Origin: Leucoraja ocellata
Lineage: Eukaryota
Direction of reading: 5' to 3'
DNA length: 64,000 bases
Assembly: GCA_036785375.1 (NCBI GenBank)
Contig: JAWMAR010000138.1
Span: 310,001-374,000, forward strand
The notes under the pieces are model-generated. The model was given only the letters and a program-made list of their open reading frames with translations, searched no databases and was not told the DNA's origin. The position numbers and the translations under genes were made by a program. Shown here piece after piece: positions 50,955 to 62,974 of this stretch. The first letter of the stretch is position 1; every line of letters begins with the position of its first letter.

Positions 50955-51170
50955 ACTGCAGCACAGTTAGTACTGCCGCTGCACAGCCCCAGAAAATCAG
51001 GTTCAATTCTGAGCTGTGGTACTGTATGTGTGGAGTTTGTATGTTCTCCTTGTAAATCCATGGGTATCCCTGGATATTCCAGTTTCCACCCACATGCCCA
51101 AGATCTGTTGTAGGTCAATGGGTTAATAAAGTTCAGTAGATCCCCCTGGTGTAGGTGAGTGGCGGAGTTG
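50955..51170 (+). mobile_element. Degenerate V-SINE
   Basis: GGTTCAATTCTG B-box-like motif and GGAGTTTGTATGTTCTCC core. Confidence 0.65.
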
Positions 51171-52494
51171 ATTCTTCCTGTTGCCAAGTTCCAGGTTTTC
51201 CATACAGAGTTAGCGGTCATCCTACCTTATGTGTGGACACACAATGTATGTTCTCCGAAACTTTTCAATTTGCTAGGTAACTGGATTTGCACAAAAACTG
51301 GTTGCTCCAGATTCACCTGGGCAATGGTTAGCACTAAAATAGCTCTGCTGAGTATGAATAGCAAGCGATACTGCAGACCATGACATTCGCCACACATGGG
51401 GAACAAAACCATCGATCCAGCTCATACTAAAATTTATCTAAGAACATATGGACAAGTACAGCAAATCATTATTGCAGTAGTTTACAAGGAAATCATTCAG
51501 TCAATTGTATCCATGCCAGCTATAATAGACTAATCCTTTTTCCAGTTCTCAATGCATTGTCTTATTGATTAGGGCAAATCAACTGTCTATCCAGGTACTT
51601 TTTAAATGTGACAAATCCTTCAGCTTCCCTATACAAGATAAAGAGTAGAAGACTGATCAAAGTAGGCTGCTGTTAACATTTACTTAATCATACCTGAAGA
51701 TCATTTTAAATGAAGCTAACAGGCGGCTTAATTCCACCAAATAAATCTGTCATGAAATCCCTCAGAAGCTGAAATCCCTGAAGAATTTAATGAGACAGAG
51801 ATGTTCATACACTTGTGAGGATATCAAAATTCACAATGTTTAAGACCCGACAGAATTATCAAGTCTTCAAAAGTAGTAGATGAAATGTTCTTATTGCTCT
51901 TTACAGATCTTGCACATTTTCAGATTTCAACTGGAGCCCAGTGCTATTAAAAAATGTCAATTATATTTTCTTTAGACTCAAAGGATTATGCAGTAAAAAT
52001 ATAATACAATTTTAAAGCTTCAAGGATAACATTTAAAAGACATTTTATACTATCAAAGTTAAAGTGGATTAATTTGGACTTTGCATGGAAAATTTATTCA
52101 TGTTAAATTTAGAGAGTGCAATCACAATACATTTTGAGATAAATGTTTATTCTGTAAAAAGTGCTGCCAGTAGATTTGTAGACATCTGCATTGATAACAG
52201 CTATTGAAAAAATGTAGCTTCTTGGACACTACCATGTTTAAAATCATTTTCTTCTACAATGTCAGTGTAGATCATTTAGCTGTAAATACGCTAATATCTC
52301 TACTCAAATCAGAGAAATACGTTTCAGACGAGCTCGCAGCTCAGTTCAACAATTTCAGTGTTCTAATTTGCTAGAGGGGGTAACCAACACCTCTACTTCC
52401 TGTGAAGACTGCGGAAATTCAGCATGTCTCTAGCGACTCTTGCAAACTTCCACAGACGCACTATAGAAAGCGTGGGTTTTCTCTGAGATCTTCG

Positions 52495-52650
52495 TTTTTG
52501 CGATGTGGAAAGAACCTGGAGGAGGCCTACACAGTCACAAGGCGAACGTGCAAATTCCACACAGACAGCACACAAGGTCAGGATCGAACCTGGATCTTGT
52601 GCGCTGGTGAGATAGCAGCTCTACCAGTTGAGCCACTGTGCCTCCCAATG
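52495..52650 (-). mobile_element. V-SINE 5' part
   Basis: GAACGTGCAAATTCCACACAGACAGCAC..GGATCGAACCTGG. Confidence 0.65.
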
Positions 52651-52919
52651 ATCTTAGCAACCCAGTAACCCGACCCTACTCTACCCAGCCTCAACTCCAC
52701 GTAAATCATTTTATTGGATTAGTCGAACACACTTAATTACCCTCCAACCTGCTCGGTAGGGAAGAGCCACATCAATGATCCGTCTTCAATTGCCTTTGAA
52801 GTTTCTGCCTTTGTGATAAGCTGCCGATTATGAAAAGTTCCCCCATTGTTCCCGCTGCTTCTATCCTACATTGTGTATTATGATCAAGGGATTAGTTACT
52901 TCTAATGGGAGAGGATGTA

Positions 52920-54482
52920 CAGTGGCTTTCAAAAGTATTCATACCCCTTGAACTTTTCCACATTTTGTCACGTTACAACCACAAACGTATTTTATTGGGA
53001 TGTTATGTGATAGACCAACACAAAGTGGTGCATAATTGTGAAGTGGAAGGAAAATGATACATGGTTTTCAAATATTTTTACAAATAAAAAACTGAAAAGT
53101 GTGGCATGCAAAAGTATTCAGCCCCTCTGAGTCAATACTTTGTAGAACCACCTTTCACTGCAATTACAGCTGCAAGTCTTTTGGGATATGTCTCTACCAG
53201 CTTTACACATCTAGAGACTGAAATGTTTGCCCATTCTTCTTTGCAAACCAGCTCAAGCTCAGTCAGATTGGATGGAGAGCATCTGTGAACAGCAATTTTC
53301 AAGTCTTGCCAGACATTCTCAATTGGATTTAGGTCTGGACTTTGACTGGGCCATTCTAACACATGAATATGCTTTGATCTAAACCATTCCATTGTAGCTC
53401 TGGCTGTATGTTTAGGGTCGTTGTCCTGCTGGAAGATGAACCTCCGCCCCAGTCTCAAGCCTTTTGCAGACTCTAACAGGTTTTCTTCCAAGATTGCCCT
53501 GTATTTGGCTCCATCCATCTTCCCATCAACTCTGACCAGCTTCCCTGTCCCTGCTGAAGAAAAGCATGCCCACAGCATGATGCTGCCACCACCATGTTTC
53601 ACAGTGGGGATGGTGTGTTCAGGATGATGTGCAGTGTTAGTTTTCTGCCACACATAGCGTTTTGCATTTAGGCCAAAAACTTCAATTTTGGTCTCATCTG
53701 ACCAGAGCACCTTCCTCCACATGTTTGCTGTGTCCCCCACATGGCTTGTGGCAAACTGCAAACGGGACTTCTTATGGCTTTTTTTCAACAATGGTTTTCT
53801 TCTTGCCACTCTTCCATAAAGGCCCGATTGTGGAGTGCATGACTAATAGTTGTCCTGTGGACAGATTCTCCCACCTGAGCTGAGGATCTCTGCAGCTCCA
53901 CCAGAGTTACCATGGGCCTCTTGGCTGCTTCTCTGATCAATGCTCTCCTTGTCCGGCCTGTCAGTTTACGTGGACGGCCATGTCTTGGTAGGTTTGCAGT
54001 TGTGCCATACTCTTTCCATTTTCGGATGATGGGTTGAACAGTGCTCCGTGAGATGTTCAAAGCTTGCGATATTTTTTTTATAACTTAACTCTGCTTTAAA
54101 CTTCTCCACAACTTTATCCCTGACCTGTCTGGTGTGTTACTTGAGCTTCATGATGCTGTTTGTTCACTAATGTTCTCTAACAAACCTCTGAGGCCTTCAC
54201 AGAGCAGCTGTATTTATACTGAGATTAGATTACACACAAGTGGACTCTATTTACTAATTAGGTGACTTCTGAAGGCAATTGGTTGCACTGGATTTTATTT
54301 AGGGGTATCAGAGTAAAGGGGGCTGAATACTTTTGCACGCCACACTTTTCAGTTTTTTATTTGTAAAAAAATTTGTGTTGGTCTATCACATAAAATCCCA
54401 ATAAAATACATTTACGTTTGTGGTTGTAACGTGACAAAATGTGGAAAAGTTCAAGGGGTATGAATACTTTTGCAAGCCACTG
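52920..54482 (-). mobile_element. Tc1-family IR/DR transposon, Passport-like, full length
   Basis: TA|CAGTGGCTT...AAGCCACTG|TA; ~200-bp IRs with internal AAAAGTATTCA direct repeats; the right IR carries an internal deletion. Confidence 0.95.
53132..54151 (-). pseudogene. Tc1 DD34E transposase (early stop and two frameshifts)
   Basis: MKLK*HTRQVRDKVVEK..., IIRKWKEYGTTANLPRHGRP, WSDETK, FQQDNDPKH-34aa-NPIE, ending GGSTKY. Very close to the Passport transposase as recalled from memory. Confidence 0.93.
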
Positions 54483-54714
54483 TAGATGAGCAACAATGTG
54501 CTACACGCAGATAACTATATTCTGCACTCTGTATTTTCCCCATTGCTCTATCTATTGTACTTGAGTTTGAACTGATTGTAGCTATGTATGATATATCTAA
54601 TCTATTTGAACAGCATGCAAAATAAAGGATTTTACTGTAACGCAGTATATGTGAAAATAATAAACCTAAAGCTAAAGAACATGTTTAGCCAAATATTTAC
54701 CAGGTGATAAGTCC

Positions 54715-56120
54715 AAGAAAAATGGTGGGACTGCATGCAAGTACAGCACCAGCCACTGTTCTTTGTCTTCACCAAAGTTTGTCACTCCATGTCACCTTTC
54801 TTAAATTCAGCTTCCCAGAGAAATGCTTGTCCATCTATTAACTAACTTTTAGGTCAGTATCATGGCTCCACAAAGTCATGCAAGCCATGATACTAACCAA
54901 CAAGCCCACAACAGATTCAATCTCAGCAGGTGTTTTCTTAATTTTCCTTGCCATGAGACTGCGTTTTACCTTCAACAAACATCATGAGAGAATGGATCTA
55001 ATCTTCAAAATGTAAAAAGTATTCAACCTAAAGAGACCACACTCAAGAAACAAGATGACCCGAATCACAGCAGCTGACCTGCCTGATGTAGATGGCACCT
55101 GCATTTCTCATGCACAGAGACCACGCTACACTTTCATTTAAACATGTAAGAGGACTGGCCTTACCCTCAACACCCACCAGACAATGGTCCTCTTCCAACC
55201 TGCCCATCCTGGACTGTCCATCGACAATCAAGGTTCCAAGTGAAACCCTTCCTATATCGCAGGGTCCAGCTCCCAGCAAAAGCAAACATCACTAAAAATA
55301 ATGCATAACAGCCTTCAATGCACTAACAAACACTTGCTCAATTTAGATAAAGATGTCTGAAGTTCAAGGTTTCAGATCAGGAATAACATTTGTCTTCTGG
55401 ACAACAATAATCATTGTTTTCCAAGTGCTTCTGAACCCTGGACATCCCAAGATATCAGAAAATACACTCTTTTATTTAACCTTTATTTAACCAGGAGAAG
55501 TCTCATTGAGATTAAACATCTCTTTTACAAGAGAGCCCTGGCTAAGACAGGCAGCAGCATAGTTCCACAGTTACAGACAATAATTTAAAAACAACAGAGA
55601 ACATATAAATAGAGTCACAGTCAGAACAGAACTATGTCCACAATATTCTCCAGGTACACTGGAAGGACAAATAAATCAACATCAGGTCCGTGTCCCAAGT
55701 CATCATCTCAGATTGAAACTCTAATTACTCTCGGCAGATCATTTCAATCAAATGCTTGGCACCAGAATAAAAAAAACAGTGTCTTCTTTCCAACCTCTGT
55801 CATGGGAAGAGACAGCAAGGTGCACAGAGGAGGATAGACTGATCCTTTCTGGAAGAGATGCCACATCCTTGTTGATTCCTGGGACCCCCTAGCCCATGAT
55901 TGATCACAATGGAAGAGAAGCATTCAGCAGGATTTCAAGAACCTCAAGCTCATGAAGCATAGACACTCTGCAGCAAACACCCAGTCAGCCATCACTCACT
56001 CCCTTCTCTGTGAAATATGAGACCCCCCCCCCCCCCCCATATTGGTCTCATTGGATGCCTCAGAACCTCAAAACCACAGTGGAATCAAATCATCCCCAAC
56101 CTCAAGGTACCACCTAGGAG
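54715..56120 (+). mobile_element. Old RTE-clade LINE remnant
   Basis: Degenerate RT pieces, e.g. GLTLNTHQTMVLFQPA (~55155-55205), resembling RTE GL.I...KT.V..QP. Confidence 0.55.
55468..55810 (-). mobile_element. L2-like LINE 3' end
   Basis: Minus strand TEVGKK..F.YSGAK..(W)NDLP, and a 3' end CTCAATGAGACTTCTCCTGGTTAAATAAAGGTTAAATAAAA. Confidence 0.7.
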
Positions 56121-56744
56121 AAGAGATTTAGCCAGAATGATTCAATTCCTCATTTTAGATCATAATTGAACAAGATAAGCACAGGCAGCAGTAATCCTTC
56201 AAGCACTCTGTGCGACATCTCTTTCAGTTTATATCATAAATTCTATAAAAGCCTCTCCACTGTTCGGTGTAATCTACCCAATTCTCCTTCCTCTTCTGAA
56301 GCCATATTTCATTCTGTGCCTACAAAACTAGTGGACTGAATATCTTTATACCACCGTGTCAAAATCCTTGCTGAAATCTAATTATGCCAGAGTCAATGTT
56401 ATGTCTTAGATATGTAACAGTACATTGATTTTTAAGGCCTTCCTAGAATGTCATCTGGGAGGCCCCAAGGATTTTAACACAACTTTTGCAAAATGTCCAA
56501 ATAAAATAAATGGAAAACAGCTCTCTACTTGTGAAAATCAAATAGCAGACAGCTGTCACAACAGACCAAAAAGAGATCTGAGCCCATCAGAGTATTGCAG
56601 CCGTAGTGATGTCAAATCAGGTCTGGATTTCACAACTCCTTTTAAACTTTGGATTCTAATTCATTTCAAAAAAGCAACAAAAGGTATTTTGGAATTTTGT
56701 GTAAATTGCTGGTAAGTAGTTCAAAAAATGTTATTTTCAACGAC

Positions 56745-57930
56745 ACGAGGAGTATTGTGTGTAGTTCAGGTCACCCAGTTTTCGGAAGGATGTTATTAAG
56801 CTAAAAAGGATTCAAAAAAAGATTCACAAGGATGTTACCTCCAGGGCTGGAGACTTTGATTTATAAGGAGAGAATGGATAGGTTAGTTTTTTTTTCCCAG
56901 GGTGTGTAGGAGGCTGCAGTATCTATCTATATATACTTATTAAACTCTGATCTTGGATGTGTATGTGTGTATTTGTGTATTTTTGTGTTTGTCTGCGTTT
57001 CACATCTCCACGAAAACACAACACGCTAATGGTGAAATCTTTACATATTCTGATAGAGATTTATGCCATTATGTCAAAAATTGCCTCATCTGAAAATTTG
57101 ATACATTATTTCCCGAGTTATTTATGAAAATGTTCACAAATGTGCAAAAATAACTACTTTTCATCAGTCTGAAGAAGGGTTTCGGCCCGAAACGGCACCT
57201 ATGTCCTTCGCTTCATAGATGCTGCTGCACCCGCTGAGTTTCTCCAGCAATTTTGTGTACCTACTTTTCCCCTTTGCTTAGTCCTGCACACAACATTGTT
57301 GCTATCCAAGTACACTGAATTCTGCCCGCCCTAGCAAGTGCAAATGCATTTTTTAAAAGTTTAAAATAAGGGAGGCTGAATAAGACGAAATGAGCAGCCC
57401 CTGCACAGTTGTCGGCTATGGGTGAGTGTAGGAATAAGGGGAATGGCTTGCGTTGGGGGACCAGGCCTCCCATGTGACAGAGACCCAATGGGTCCCAGTT
57501 GGTCTAGTATAAAGTAAATTATAGAGGAACTTAAAATCATAAGGGACATAGATAAGGTGAATGGGCACCATCAAGTAGTGGAGTCTAAAACAAAATGGCA
57601 GAAAGATGAAAAAGTCTAAAAGGTGAGTGCAGAAAGTGAAAAAGAAACTTGAGGTGTAACTTTTTCATAAGGAGGGTGATGAGTGCATTGAATGAACTGC
57701 CGGAAGCAGGTACAATAATAATAATAATAATAAATTTTATTTATGGGCTCCTTTCAAGAGTCTCAAGGAAACCTTACAAAAATTTAGCAAAGACATTGGG
57801 ATAGGTGGATGGATGGGAAAGGTTGATGATATGGGCCAATGCAGACAAATTCGACTGGCTCGGTTACACAACTTGGTCGGCACGGATGGGTTGGGTTAGT
57901 AGGGCCTGTTTCATTCGGTTTAACTGTATG
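56745..57930 (+). mobile_element. CR1 3' fragment hosting a Helitron
   Basis: EYCV.F.SP...KDVIKL.RIQ..FTRML and CR1 3' UTR on both sides of the insert. Confidence 0.75.
56922..57507 (+). mobile_element. Non-autonomous Helitron (third subfamily) containing a PLE repeat
   Basis: A|TCTATCTATATATACTTATTAAACTCTGATCTTG start; ends GACCCAATGGGTCCC-AGTTGGT-CTAG|T. Confidence 0.8.
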
Positions 57931-58019
57931 GCCCTGACATCATGAGCATATATGGGCAAGAATTTGGAAGCACTTTTATTGCATTGTGTAATTACGATGT
58001 TTGCTGTAAGTGTACCGTG

Positions 58020-58296
58020 TGGAAAGGCCTCTCAGGCCACCGAGACCCTGCCGAGTAATGATCAACCGTACACTAGTTCTATCCTACACACTACAGACAA
58101 TTTACAGAAGCCGATTAACCCACAAACCTGCACCTCTTTGGAATATGGAAGTAAACAATAGCACCCAGAGAAAATGTCACACGGTCACAGGGAGAACATA
58201 CAAACTCCGTACAGACATCACCCGTAGTCAGGATTGAACCCGGGTCTCTGGTGCTGTAAGGCAGCGACCCTGCCCCTGCGTCACCAAGCCACCCTT
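58020..58296 (-). mobile_element. HE1-like V-SINE
   Basis: GGGAGAACATACAAACTCCGTACAGAC..GGATTGAACCCGGGTCTCTGG. Confidence 0.8.
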
Positions 58297-59337
58297 TGTT
58301 AAGCTACTAACCATAAAATCACCTCTTTCAAATGTATTTGTACCATCCTTCTTTCAGGTATTTTTTTAAAGGACAACCTCAATTGCAAAGAAGCATAGTG
58401 TAAATAACAATCTGCCTTTGTTACCACATATTGGCTGTCTACTCCTAAACAAAAACAGGATAGATTAATTCTGATCATCCCTATGTACAGTCCAGCATGT
58501 GCGACTTGTTTGGTTTATCACATATTACAGACGTGTTCTATTAAAAGTAAAGTTTAAAAGACTGTACCAATAAAATAAATCTATTACTTATCATGCATTC
58601 CTTTAATTCCTGCCACCGTCCTAAGGCAATCCGTGCGTGGAATGCAAAGTTTCATCAGGCAGCGTGATTTCCAGTGATCAGATATTCAGGAGAGTTTTCA
58701 AAATAACTTGAGCAAGTTGATACATAATGAGTCGTGGCCTGAAATGGAATCCGAGTTTCTCGTTCATTATTTGAAGTGTGTTAAGAGTTTGATCCGTCTG
58801 AAGAAGGGTCTCAACCTGAAACATGACCTATTCCTTTTCTCCAGAGATGCTGTCTGACCTGTTGAGTTACTCCACACTTTTGTGTCTATCTTTAGGATAA
58901 TAGAGGAATTCCATGTCAAATATCAATGAGCCATGACCCTAAATTATCTCGCAAGGAACAAGAGAAACATTTCTTTTAAAATTAACCAGAGTATTTTATT
59001 ATTCTCATTGTAATTTATTTTGCTACAGATTCCCAGAGCTGTTGTCCCACTTTACAGGAGCTCTTACATAGACGCGGCAATGGTGAAACAAAGAGAAATA
59101 GCAGTAGAAAATATAGATAATTAATAGAAAATTAAATCAACACAAAATTAATATTAATCACCTTGTTCCCACCACTATACATATTGCTGTTCCATGCAAT
59201 ACAATAGTATGTTTGTATCACCTGCTTTGACAGTGTTCATTAAAATTGTCTCAATACAATTTCCAGCACAAGCTTTAAGTCCAAATATTTTATGCTAATT
59301 TTTATACTCAGTTGGATATATAGTATTTTATGTGTAT

Positions 59338-59497
59338 GAAGGAACTACAGATGCTGGTTTAAACCAAAGATAGACACAGAATAGTGGAGTAACTCAGCGA
59401 GACAGTCAATCCGAAGAAGGTTCTCGACCCGAAACGTCACCCATTCCTTCTCTCCAGAGATGCTGCCTGTCCCACTGTTACTCCAGCATTTTGTGTA
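59338..59497. mobile_element. PLE-derived inverted pair
   Basis: Same family; GAAGAAGGTTCTCGACCCGAAACGTC. A single plus-strand copy also lies at 58797-58892. Confidence 0.75.
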
Positions 59498-60444
59498 TGT
59501 GTATAGTATTTTAGTTGTTTCGTCAAAGATAGAAACATTTTACAGATCTTTGAGACATTAGTTTTCCACTTCCTTTATTATGCTGCTTTGATTTCATTCA
59601 TTTTCCACAAGCCTTTTTGCCATGAAATTGTAGGGAAGAGTAAAATAAATTTGAAGCAGAAATGTAAGAGACTGTCACCTTACAAAAGCCTATATTACAT
59701 GGAATATTCACTTTACTGGGCTTTGTAAAGGTGCATTTAGTCAGAGAATACTAATTACAATTATGATTAACACAGCTTTCACATCAATAAGAAAGCATCA
59801 AACTGGAACCACTTTCCTTTTGGAAGTTCATATTTCTATTGCAGAGGGGAATCCAAACATAAATTTCATCTAAAATTGCATCCCTGAATCTAATTTTTTT
59901 TTAGAAGTATTTGCTTTCTTGAGTTTTCATTCTCCAACATAGACTTGAATTCAAAATGTGTCCTATATGAGATAACCTGGCTATGTTTTAATTGTTCTCT
60001 CCTACTCTCAAAATCTTCAGGGAATCTTCAAATTTGGTGGTCCTCAGAAATTTGTTGCCATTCTAAATTTGCTGCACAATGATCTGAAATGCATGATTCT
60101 AACGACTGAGATCATTACATACCTAAGTGAATAAACACTTATCAAAAAACAAACCACGGGAAGAACTCAGCAGGTCAACAAGCATCTTTGAAGGCAAAGA
60201 GGTGGTTGACGCTTTGGATCGAGACCCTGCACCAGGACTGAGCGTAAAGAGGGAAGGTAGCCGGTATAAAGAGGTGAGTGAGAGGGAAAGGTGAGTGAGA
60301 GGGAAAGATGAGAGAGTGCCTTAGGGCAGTGGGTGAAACTGTAAATAGCCCCCCCCCCAGTGTAGTTTCAGTCAAAAATCACTGAGTCAAGCACTTGCGC
60401 ATCTAAACTTTATTTTGACAAAACACAATTACAGTTCCCACTAC

Positions 60445-60952
60445 TATAGGGTGATTTCACTAAAGGCCACTGGAGCATAGATCCGCACCCACGTGACCAG
60501 AAATCTCAAGTGGAGGACATTCTAGAGTTCCGGTACATGTTAGTGAATGGGAAAACACGCACGTTCCCACCCGTTAAAAACATAGAAAACGGCCAGGTTT
60601 TGATCTGCAATTTATTGTGCCAGTCGGGGTGACCGTGAGGCACAGCTACCTAGATTTACAGGGGAAAAAAAAGATACAAACTAAGGTAAATTAGAGGGAG
60701 CTGAAGGTGCCAATCCAGTGGAAGTGAACAGCCGACATTTGCCGTGGAGATTTAAAGGTCCAAAATATCGGGAATTATCACGTTTGCTCGCTGAATTTCA
60801 TCAAAAGTAAGGCATTATTGTCAGCGAGCAAACGCGATAACATGTACCATTCACTAACATGTACCGGAACTCTAGAATGTCCTCCACTTGAGATTTCTGG
60901 TCACGTGGGTGCGGATCTATGCTCCAGTGACCTTTAGTGAAATCACCCTATA
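60445..60952. mobile_element. Foldback / MITE-like element with 106-bp near-perfect inverted termini
   Basis: 60445-60550 versus 60847-60952 has one mismatch. Ends are TATAGGG...CCCTATA, consistent with a TA or TATA target. Confidence 0.85.
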
Positions 60953-62974
60953 CCTAACCACCGCGGGTTTGATCCTCGTATATGCCTGATCAAGCCCTTT
61001 TGGCCTCGCTCAAACAGAGACACTCCAGAAGATCACGCAGTCCTAAGCGCTCTCCCATATCGACACAGGACCTCGTGGCAGCGGAATGTTATAGGTCCCC
61101 GGACCTCGAGGGGCCGAACCACATGGGGGTCGTCTCTCCAATTGCAGATATCGATTAACCCCATACATGACAGACATTTCCCTAACCCAATAATACAGTG
61201 GCTAATACATTGTATTCAAAGAGTGTTTCTCAGAGGAAACGAACATGTGCCCTGATATGCAAGAAAACCAGGCAAGGCTCAATATTTAATCCAATCAACA
61301 TCCAACAAAATAAAGTTTTGCAACATTATTTTCAATGTGTATGTCTGGTTTGCATTCATCCAATCCATTCTATGCATTTTGCACCTAATTGTCAGGGTCT
61401 GTAGATATTCCCATTCTCTTCCTCCAGCTCTGATCTAGGCTCTAGACAAACTGGCACCATTCTGCAGCTTGTCCCATTTCTACAGAAGGCACTTTTAAAT
61501 TGACCAAATGGCCTAGCAGCCCAGAAGCCTTTACTCAATTTTAGGGTCCTAGCCTCTCTAATTTGACCAGGATTAACAAAACCAGGTGAGGCAGAGAATG
61601 GTCGGTTGATGGAGCCAGATGGGAAGGGAGGCAGGAGTATTGAGATAGAAGCTGGCGGGTGAAAGGTGGAAACGGATAAGGAAAAAATATTGGTCTGGTG
61701 GAGCCAGGTGAGGAAGTGAGGGGTAAGGAGAGGCAGCAAATGGTGGATGAAAAGTGGAGCCAGATGAGTGACAGGAAATGGGCAGATGGAACCCAAATAG
61801 AGGAGAGAATACGAAAGATAAGCCAAGGGACAGGTTGGTGGGCGATGGACAGATGATTCTCAGTAACAGGGTGATGAGAGAGAGAGAGAGCCTACTGTAG
61901 ATAGACTAGAGGGAGTGGGAATGAATGCAAGAGGTTGCAGATTATCTGAAATGAAAATTCAACACATACCATTGGCTGTAGGCATCAGAGGCAGAATATA
62001 AGGATAAAGTTTACACTTAGTTTCACTTCCTTTGGACAAGTCGCACCATTATGATGTATTGTAAATTCAACCCACATCCTCTGTGTATACGACGCTCATC
62101 TTGATAACTCTTTGGAAAATAGTTAAAGGCAATGTCTAATATCATGCTACCATAACATTCCTGGCAAGTTACAACTTCTAGGTTGATGTATTTTCAATCA
62201 TTATATACAATAGATAAGAGCATGGATCTCATCAGAAATTCATGAATTACTACAACTATTGAATTTACCCCGGAAGCTAATTTCACAACATTTCTAAGGT
62301 AATAAACGCTGCATATTTCAGATTGCTAAACCATTATCTACACAGAAAGTAATCGCATTTGGGTAAATTAGCCAGGCTTTGACCTTTGCAGGATAGGGAG
62401 CTTTATAATCATGACCAAATATTTATTACTCTCTTTCTAATGAAATCTACTTCGATTTTTTTTTAAAGTTATAGCAAAGTCAAAAACTTTTCCTTAGACA
62501 GAAGTTAAAGCCACACAAATTGTGTTGAAATAATTCCATCTCACTCCTGATTTTAGATTTAGGAAATATTCTAATGTCCACATTAACCTATATATGAAAA
62601 GTAAAATATGCAGAAATCTGAAACTGGAACCCTTCATCAGAACTATCTGAAGAAGGCAGCATAGAGCATCAACAAATGAAGCTGGTATATATTCACTGTA
62701 ATTAAGCGCCTTGTTTTGTGTTGGAACAATTTAATAATTCACAGTTTGCAAATTCAGAGATGTACGTCAGAGTTGAGAAATTCGGATGTTATTTGAAGGA
62801 GTGACTATTAAAGGATATGAGGATCAAAGTAATTCCATGGTACATGCCCCAGGAAATGGGAAAATTTATGACAGGGAAAAAAATATAATTATAGCATTAG
62901 TTCACCATAAGACTCAGAGCAGCAGAGAAATGTACTTCAAACCAAAGGCTGCCTCACAGCTACCCTAGCTTCAA

